From Escherichia coli (GTDB lineage: Bacteria > Pseudomonadota > Gammaproteobacteria > Enterobacterales > Enterobacteriaceae), in NCBI RefSeq assembly GCF_022493755.1, contig NZ_CP028767.1: DNA of 64,000 nt. One strand, 5' to 3'. How positions within the stretch are numbered: the stretch's first letter is position 1; each line of letters opens with the position of its first letter. Below the pieces are notes generated by a model, which searched no databases, was not told the DNA's origin, and was given only the letters and a program-made list of their open reading frames with translations. The position numbers and the translations under genes were made by a program. Of this stretch, positions 57,780 to 64,000 are shown one piece after another.

Positions 57780-59010
57780 TGGAAGTGCCTGGAGGAGGTG
57801 AGCAGGCAGGGCAAGATTACGAAAGCCCGCTCCCCGCAAGGACTGACGCGAGATAGTTTCTGTCCATGGCTGCTTTTCGCATCTTACGTCTTAACCCTGC
57901 CTTGAATACCTTATCATTCGTTAAAATATTAATAGCGATGTGCCGTATCCCTGAAAATAATTCTGCGGCGTTTCCTCTTCTTATTTTGCAGTCGTCTTCA
58001 TTCATTACCACGTCCAGACGCCAGTGCAGCTTATTCTCCACGTGCCAGTGGTTTCGGATTGCTGTGGCGAACTTCTCTGCGGTTAAATCAGCAGAACTGA
58101 TATAATATCTGACCGTCATTTCGGGCTCTTTCTTTTGTTCTGCTATTATTGACCGAAAGGAGACTGCCACGCATAATTTCTTCAGACCTTTCCATTCAAA
58201 CGTGAAATCAATAAGTTCATCAGGGACATCGCAAACAATATGAAGACGGATTTCTTCTCTGCCGTGACTCTTTTCACTGATTGCGTAACTGTCATGCTCT
58301 GGATTATTTAATTCTTTCAGCGGAAATTTTTCCTCAAAGGCTTTATTTAGCCGCCCCTGGTTTCCTTTTACCGCGAATAAATAATCACCTCCCTGTTTTT
58401 GTATCTTCTCTGCAATATCTTTCTGGCAACCCATCGCATCAGTTGTGATGATTTTTCCTTTAATATCCAGCATGTTAAGAAGTTCTGGGATAGCTGTAAT
58501 CTCATTAGATTTCTCATCCGTCTTGATCTGTCCGATGACCAGACTGTGCATTGTTGAGAACGCACTAATGACATGAATCGCTCCCCTGCGGCGACTCTTG
58601 TCATAAGAGTGCCGGAGCGTTTTTCCATCAATTGCAATGACGTCTTTATCATTTGATGAATGGCAGTCACGCATCCAGTTAATAAAGCACTCATGAAATT
58701 TTGCAGGACTGATACAGGATACAACTCTGGCAATAGTATCGTGAACAGGAATACCATTTTCAAAATCACCATATTGCTTCAAGAAATCGAGATGTGTTTC
58801 CCCGAAATCCTCTATATCTTCCCAACTTTCTGCACCAGAAATAACGGCACAAATAGTCAACAATAGAATATCCGATAATTTATGTTCCACTTTCCAGGCT
58901 TGTCTGTAATCGGGGATAATAGAAATATGTTCCATCAATTTTTTAAATTCCATTTTGTTCTCCTTAATTATGTAAGGAGTATTTGATCATGTATAAGCAA
59001 TAAAAAACAG
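57780..59010 (-). mobile_element. ISAs1-family insertion sequence (H-repeat); ends approximate
   Basis: Transposase CDS with short flanks; inverted-repeat ends not determined. Confidence 0.4.
57817..58953 (-). CDS. ISAs1-family transposase (H-repeat-associated protein)
   Basis: 378-aa product typical of H-rpt/ISAs1 transposases; adjacent to Rhs element. Confidence 0.85.
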   Translation of the reverse strand: MEFKKLMEHISIIPDYRQAWKVEHKLSDILLLTICAVISGAESWEDIEDFGETHLDFLKQYGDFENGIPVHDTIARVVSCISPAKFHECFINWMRDCHSSNDKDVIAIDGKTLRHSYDKSRRRGAIHVISAFSTMHSLVIGQIKTDEKSNEITAIPELLNMLDIKGKIITTDAMGCQKDIAEKIQKQGGDYLFAVKGNQGRLNKAFEEKFPLKELNNPEHDSYAISEKSHGREEIRLHIVCDVPDELIDFTFEWKGLKKLCVAVSFRSIIAEQKKEPEMTVRYYISSADLTAEKFATAIRNHWHVENKLHWRLDVVMNEDDCKIRRGNAAELFSGIRHIAINILTNDKVFKAGLRRKMRKAAMDRNYLASVLAGSGLS

Positions 59011-59429
59011 CTTCAGGTAATAAGGAATATCTCAATTTTTAAACATAAAATGCGAATTATTTAGTACAAAAAGTGAACTTCTGATGATCTTTCCTTGGTT
59101 AATATCCAGGCATCATGTTACGTGACATGGTGTAGCTATTGAAAAACTACGTTAGCGGATATTTGTTTGCCTCCTTTTTTTTACCCAGCATACCCCATCC
59201 CAACAATTTGAATTAAATGTCGTAAAATTGATAACTTCTTTACCTTTTGAAAAATATGTTATTGGGCAAAACTCATCTCCACTTAATGGTTTAAAGCTGG
59301 TTATTATGTCACAATTTAATTGTTGTGATAGTGATTGAGCGATGAAATCAGTTAGAGATGGAAGATACTTGCTTTCAATCGATGTTGTTGATGTGCCGAA
59401 ATCAACTTCATAAGAAAAATCAATCTTCG

Positions 59430-59627
59430 CTAGTAATTCAATATATTCTGCATCTTTGTCAATAAAAGATGTGTCATAAGTAATGTTTTTTTATACTCAT
59501 TTACATCAAAGTAGTCATATTTTAATATCGAAAAGTCAATGTCTAGAGCATTTACAAACTTATAAATACTATCGGTTAGTTTACTTTTATCTTTATACTC
59601 TATGAGTATACTTGATTTGGTGATCAT
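59430..59627 (-). CDS. AT-rich Rhs-associated ORF fragment (frameshifted at A7 tract; continues to about 59152 in another frame)
   Basis: Open frame without Met continues for about 110 codons after the A7 tract. Confidence 0.35.
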   Translation of the reverse strand: MITKSSILIEYKDKSKLTDSIYKFVNALDIDFSILKYDYFDVNEYKKTLLMTHLLLTKMQNILNY

Positions 59628-59917
59628 ATTTTTAAAATCTCCAAAAAGGTTCTAAAACGGATTGATCAATCACTTCAACTCGAGCTGTTGAATTATTAGG
59701 TTTGAAGTTTCCAAAGAATTCATGAAATTCCTCAAGTGTATTTTTGGAATTGGAACTTCTAATTACCAGGACGATACCATTATCTCCCACCAGGCCAACT
59801 CCCTTGTTAACATTTTTTACCTCATGATATACCTCATATAATGTAGCATTATTTCTAAGATAAAAATTACGAAGTTCATTGTTAAAAGATGGGTATTGTC
59901 CCGTTCTACATATTGGA

Positions 59918-60208
59918 TTAATCTTTTTTTATTTCTTTTTGTAATAAGGCCAAAGACCACTCGCCAGCAATAATTTCATCAAATAAGTATTCCAATGTTC
60001 CTCTTAACACTAAAGCACGACAATCATTTTCCGTAGTGCGTTTAATAAATAACTCTTTTTCAATATATAACTCTTGCATAACTTCAGAATTTGAAGATAG
60101 TAATTGGCAGCGGCATGGGAACTCAAGATGTTCATTGTATAAAACGCTAAAAACTATGTTTCCCGCAATAATAAATATATCTTTTATCGGCAGAATTATA
60201 TTCATCAC
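59918..60208 (-). CDS. AT-rich Rhs-associated ORF (possible immunity protein), apparently frameshifted at A7 tract; continuation to 59633
   Basis: 96-aa ORF ending in a homopolymer with about 95 further open codons in the +1 frame. Confidence 0.35.
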   Translation of the reverse strand: MMNIILPIKDIFIIAGNIVFSVLYNEHLEFPCRCQLLSSNSEVMQELYIEKELFIKRTTENDCRALVLRGTLEYLFDEIIAGEWSLALLQKEIKKD

Positions 60209-60465
60209 AACCCCTTGTCTTTCAATATTTTGAGTATTGCTACATCCTCATCAGATAACCCAAGCATTTTTTTGTGTCTTATCATGAAATCCTTAACGTG
60301 CGTTTCTGCACTCCCTAGTCCATAACGTCCTAATTTTTCAGCTATTCCTAGTTTCTCTTGTGTACCATGTAAAAACTCTTCAAGAATAGCGGCTTTACTC
60401 GGATTTGAACGAACAATAATCGTCATGTCTAATACCGAAGCTTCGGCTCCAAAATGTTCAAGCAT
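60205..60465 (-). CDS. Hypothetical protein downstream of Rhs C-terminus (possible immunity or orphan module)
   Basis: 86-aa ORF with ATGA overlap with the next ORF. Confidence 0.35.
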   Translation of the reverse strand: MLEHFGAEASVLDMTIIVRSNPSKAAILEEFLHGTQEKLGIAEKLGRYGLGSAETHVKDFMIRHKKMLGLSDEDVAILKILKDKGL

Positions 60466-60497
60466 TCTGAATTCATCTGAGCCTGGTAATGCTATTA

Positions 60498-63400
60498 TTA
60501 AATGTCTTTTCCGCGATATAGCCGCCAGAAGTTCTGGGGCTGCCTTCTCAACCCCATGAGATCACTGGAGCTATTCATCATTTTAGATAATGAAGCTCCT
60601 TTATTTAATCCTAAGGGATCTATCCATCTTAAAGGATTCGGCACATACCGGTAAGTCTGCTCCCCTCCCTGCAACCCCAGTGGATCACTCACCAGGTACA
60701 TCCCGCTCTCCGGCTCGTAATACCGGAACCGGTTATAGCACAGCCCCGATTCCGCATCCCGCCACTGCCCCGCATACAGCAGGCCGGGGTCGGCTTCCGG
60801 GTCCAGTTCCCCGCGCGGGTCCGGGTAGCCGGTGTCTGCGGGCAGGCTGAGTGCCAGCCCCCACAGGCTGGTCTGCCCGGTCGCCAGACGGTTTTACCTT
60901 CACTGTTAAAGAGCATCAGCGGACGGCCCGTCAGGTCGCTCACCGCATGATTCGTCCGCGTCACCCACTGCGGGGCCACGGACGGATGCGGCTGCCGTAC
61001 CCGGCTGAACTGCTGGCTTATCAGCTCAAAGCTGTTAAACACCAGGTGCCGTACGCTGTACAGTTTATCATCGCGGTATTCCCGGATTTCCGCAATACTG
61101 TCGCCGTCCCACAGGTACGTGAAGCGGATTTTCTTCCGGTCGCAGCGTTTCTCTGTTCGTCTGCCGCTGGCGTCGTGGCGGTATTCCCACTGCTCACCCT
61201 GTGCGCTGCAATACCCGGTCAGCTGGTCACGGCTGTCCCACCGGAACCGCTCTGTTTCCGGGCGGTAGCCGTCACGGTGTCTGGTGCGGCTGACCATCCG
61301 GCCTGCGGCGTCATAGTCATACTGCGTGTTTCCGGCCTGTTTCAGCCGGTGGCCTCCGGCATACTGGTCAGTCTCTTCACTTATCCGGTGCCTGCCCGCA
61401 GACTGCGCCTTCAGGTAGCCACAACTGTCATAGCCATAGGACTCGTCGCCTTCGCCATAGCCCAGCCCGGTGCCTGAGGCTGTCACCGCCGTGACCTGAC
61501 CGTTCCGGTCCAGCCGGTACTCCCGCCGTGTTTCCCGTCCGTAATCTTCCCGGCTGGTGACAGCCGACACATTGCGCGCGCTGTCGTAACGGTACTCCCG
61601 TACCAGTGAGGGGAGCAGCCCGCCCCATGTGGTTTCCTCCGGGAAAAATCCGGCGCGCTGGGTGACAAGCTGGCTGGCTGCATTCCAGCCCTGCTCACAG
61701 GCAAAACCCCGGTTACTGTGCCGGAACACTTCACGTCCCGCCTCATCACGGCTGAACGTCAGCGTCTCATCCCCCGGCAGAATGACCTCCGTCAGTTCTC
61801 CGGCGGCGTTATAACGGTACGTGGTTTTCAGCAGGGATTCATCGGGGTGTCTGTCGCGTTCATCTTCCGGTGGCAGGATACAGCGGATAACGGTGTGTTC
61901 ATCGGGGTAGTGGTATTCAATGGCCCGTCGGCCCTGAGTGGTGACATTCACCCGCCCGCGTTCGTCGTAGCCGGTGCGCTGTGATGTGCCGTCCGGGCTG
62001 AAGATACCCGTCAGCCTGCCGGATTTGTCATACGCATACTGTGTTTTGCCTTCCGGCGTGATGACCTCTGCCAGGCGGCCTGCGGCATCCCGGCTGTAGA
62101 GGATGGTTTCCTCCAGGCCGTTAACCCTGGCGGTACACAGGCCATCGGCGTCATAGCGGTAACGCCAGACCACGCCGCCCCAGTCACGCTCTTCCGTCAC
62201 CCGGCCGCAGTTATCCAGAACATAAAGGTATGATTCGCCCTGCGGGTTAATGACTTCTGTCAGTTGCAGCGTGTCTTTATCGTAGCGGTACTGCCAGCGG
62301 TGGCCTTCACCGTCCGTTCGCGCCACCGGCAAATCAAACGGGCCGTACTCCATTGTCCAGACAACACCGTTACCGTCCGTGTACGCCAGCAGGTTGCCGT
62401 GGCGGTCATAGCGGAATCCTTCCGCGCCGGTTCCAGCACGTTCAATGCCGCTCAGTTTATGGTGCTGCTGCCACTGTAACCGCACTGACTGACCGCCGGG
62501 GCCGCGCATCTTCACCGGCAGGTCGTGACCGCTGTATTCGGTGTGGTGTTCACGGCCCATCACGTCGGTGAGTGTTTCCGGCCGGTTGTGGTGGTCGTAC
62601 TCTATGCCCAGACGCCGTTCATCCTGGCGGAATATCCCCGACAGCAGCCCCTGAGCGGTGTATGCCAGCCGGGTCTCTTCGCCCTGTGGCGACACCAGGC
62701 TTACCGGCAGGCCGCGTTCATCACACTGCTGTGTCCACGTCTGCCCGGCAGGGTCGGTGATGTTGCTGAGCAGGCCGCGCTCATCATAGCGGTACTGCCA
62801 CTCCGCACCGTCTGCTGCCGTGTAACGGCTTAGCTGGCCGTGTGCGGCGTTGTATTCAAATTTCTCCACCCGCCCGGCAGGGGAGTGGCGGGCCAGCAGG
62901 TGATGGAATTCATCCCATTCATACGTGGTGGTGCTGCCGTCCGGCGCTTCTTCCCGCAGAATATTGCCGTCAGGATCATAGTAATAACGGTGAGTGCCCT
63001 TGCCGTCCGTCAGGGTGGTGCAGCCGTCACCATAGTCCAGCGTGGCGTTGTAATAGCCCTCCGCCCCGGTGACGGTCACGCACCGGCCCTGTTCATCGTA
63101 GGTGAAACGGCTCCACGTCTGGTCGTTATCGGACCAGCGGATGATCCGGTCCGCAGCGTCGTACTCATAAAACAGGTGGTAGTCCAGCCGCGCATCCGCT
63201 TCTGTCAGCCGCCCCCGCGCATCCTGTTCGTAGGTCGCCAGCGTCTGTATGCCGTTATCCGTACGGTGAATGGCTTTCAGGTAGCCGCTGGCATGGTACG
63301 TCAGTTTAAGCCGGATCCCGTCGGTGTGACTGACACCTGTGATCCGGTACTGGCTGTCGCGCTCAAACGTGATGCGGTTGCTGGCGGTGTCGCTCATCCC

Positions 63401-64000
63401 GCCCAGCATGTACATCCGGTCTGCGGGGCTGTGTGCCAGGCGGTCATCGCTGGTATCGTCAGTCACCGGGTGGCGCAGGCGCATTCCCGGAAAGGCGTCA
63501 TAAAAGAAGCGGCTGCTCAGGGCATCACGGTCGAACAGCTCCAGGTAATCATCACGGCGGCGCAGGATGTACTGGGCGTGATACGGGTTAACCGCCGTAT
63601 CACTTTCACCGTCGAAGGCGAAGTTCAGCGTGGCTCCCAGGCTGATGATATCCACCCGCTTTCCCTGTTCACGCACCCAGGCGTATTCGCTCCAGGAATC
63701 GCTCCAGCCCACGCCGGTCAGGCCATGCAGTGGCAGTACCGAACAGTGGAAGCGGGTGAAGGAGAGGGGGAGTGTCTGGCCCAGGGTGAAGTCAGTACGT
63801 TCGTCGCAGTACGCGCCGGTTACCGGGTCAACCGGATCTTTGATAAACTTTTTCAGGACGTTATACGTATTTTTCAGGGCATTTTTTGTTCTGCTCAGCA
63901 ATGCGCCGAGTTTTGCACCCAGCAGCTTCCCGCTTTTCCCCAGCAGGTTTCCCAGTTTGCCCAGTTTCGCCAGATTCCCCAGTTTTCCCAGCAGTCCTGC
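60498..64000 (-). CDS. rhs: Rhs-family YD-repeat protein (partial; continues beyond window end); frame changes near 60884-60898 before the PxxxxDPxGL motif
   Basis: Multiple YD repeats; frame open to window edge; C-terminal DPLGL motif lies in a different frame from the core. Confidence 0.8.

Overview
This window looks like an Escherichia coli chromosomal segment: the end of the sfm fimbrial operon and fimZ, the tRNA-Arg(UCU) gene argU, and then an apparently intact lambdoid prophage of about 46.7 kb integrated into argU, where K-12 carries the defective DLP12 element. The prophage is bounded by a 47-bp direct repeat of the tRNA 3' end (3749-3795 and 50427-50473). Its head and tail block (cos, nu1 through J, lom, stf, tfa) reads as near-identical to phage lambda, its lysis cassette is phage-21/DLP12-like (pinholin, SAR endolysin, Rz/Rz1, bor), and its immunity region is non-lambda (cI-like repressor, YdaS-like Cro, YdaT-like cII analogue). 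Right of the prophage are envY, ybcH, nfrA, an nfrB interrupted by an in-frame stop, an ISAs1 (H-repeat) transposase and a partial Rhs element. The best candidates for an undescribed system are two accessory modules inside the prophage: (1) an HTH-ImmA/IrrE metallopeptidase plus DUF4411/PIN-like gene pair sitting exactly where lambda carries rexA/rexB, and (2) an AT-rich, opposite-strand, translationally coupled pair (soluble protein plus 3-TM membrane protein) between P and ninB. A third accessory block between tfa and attR carries a serine recombinase, a methyltransferase, a secreted alpha/beta hydrolase and ompT. All identifications rest on reading the translations and recalling known protein sequences; no database search was run, so gene names and exact start codons are provisional.
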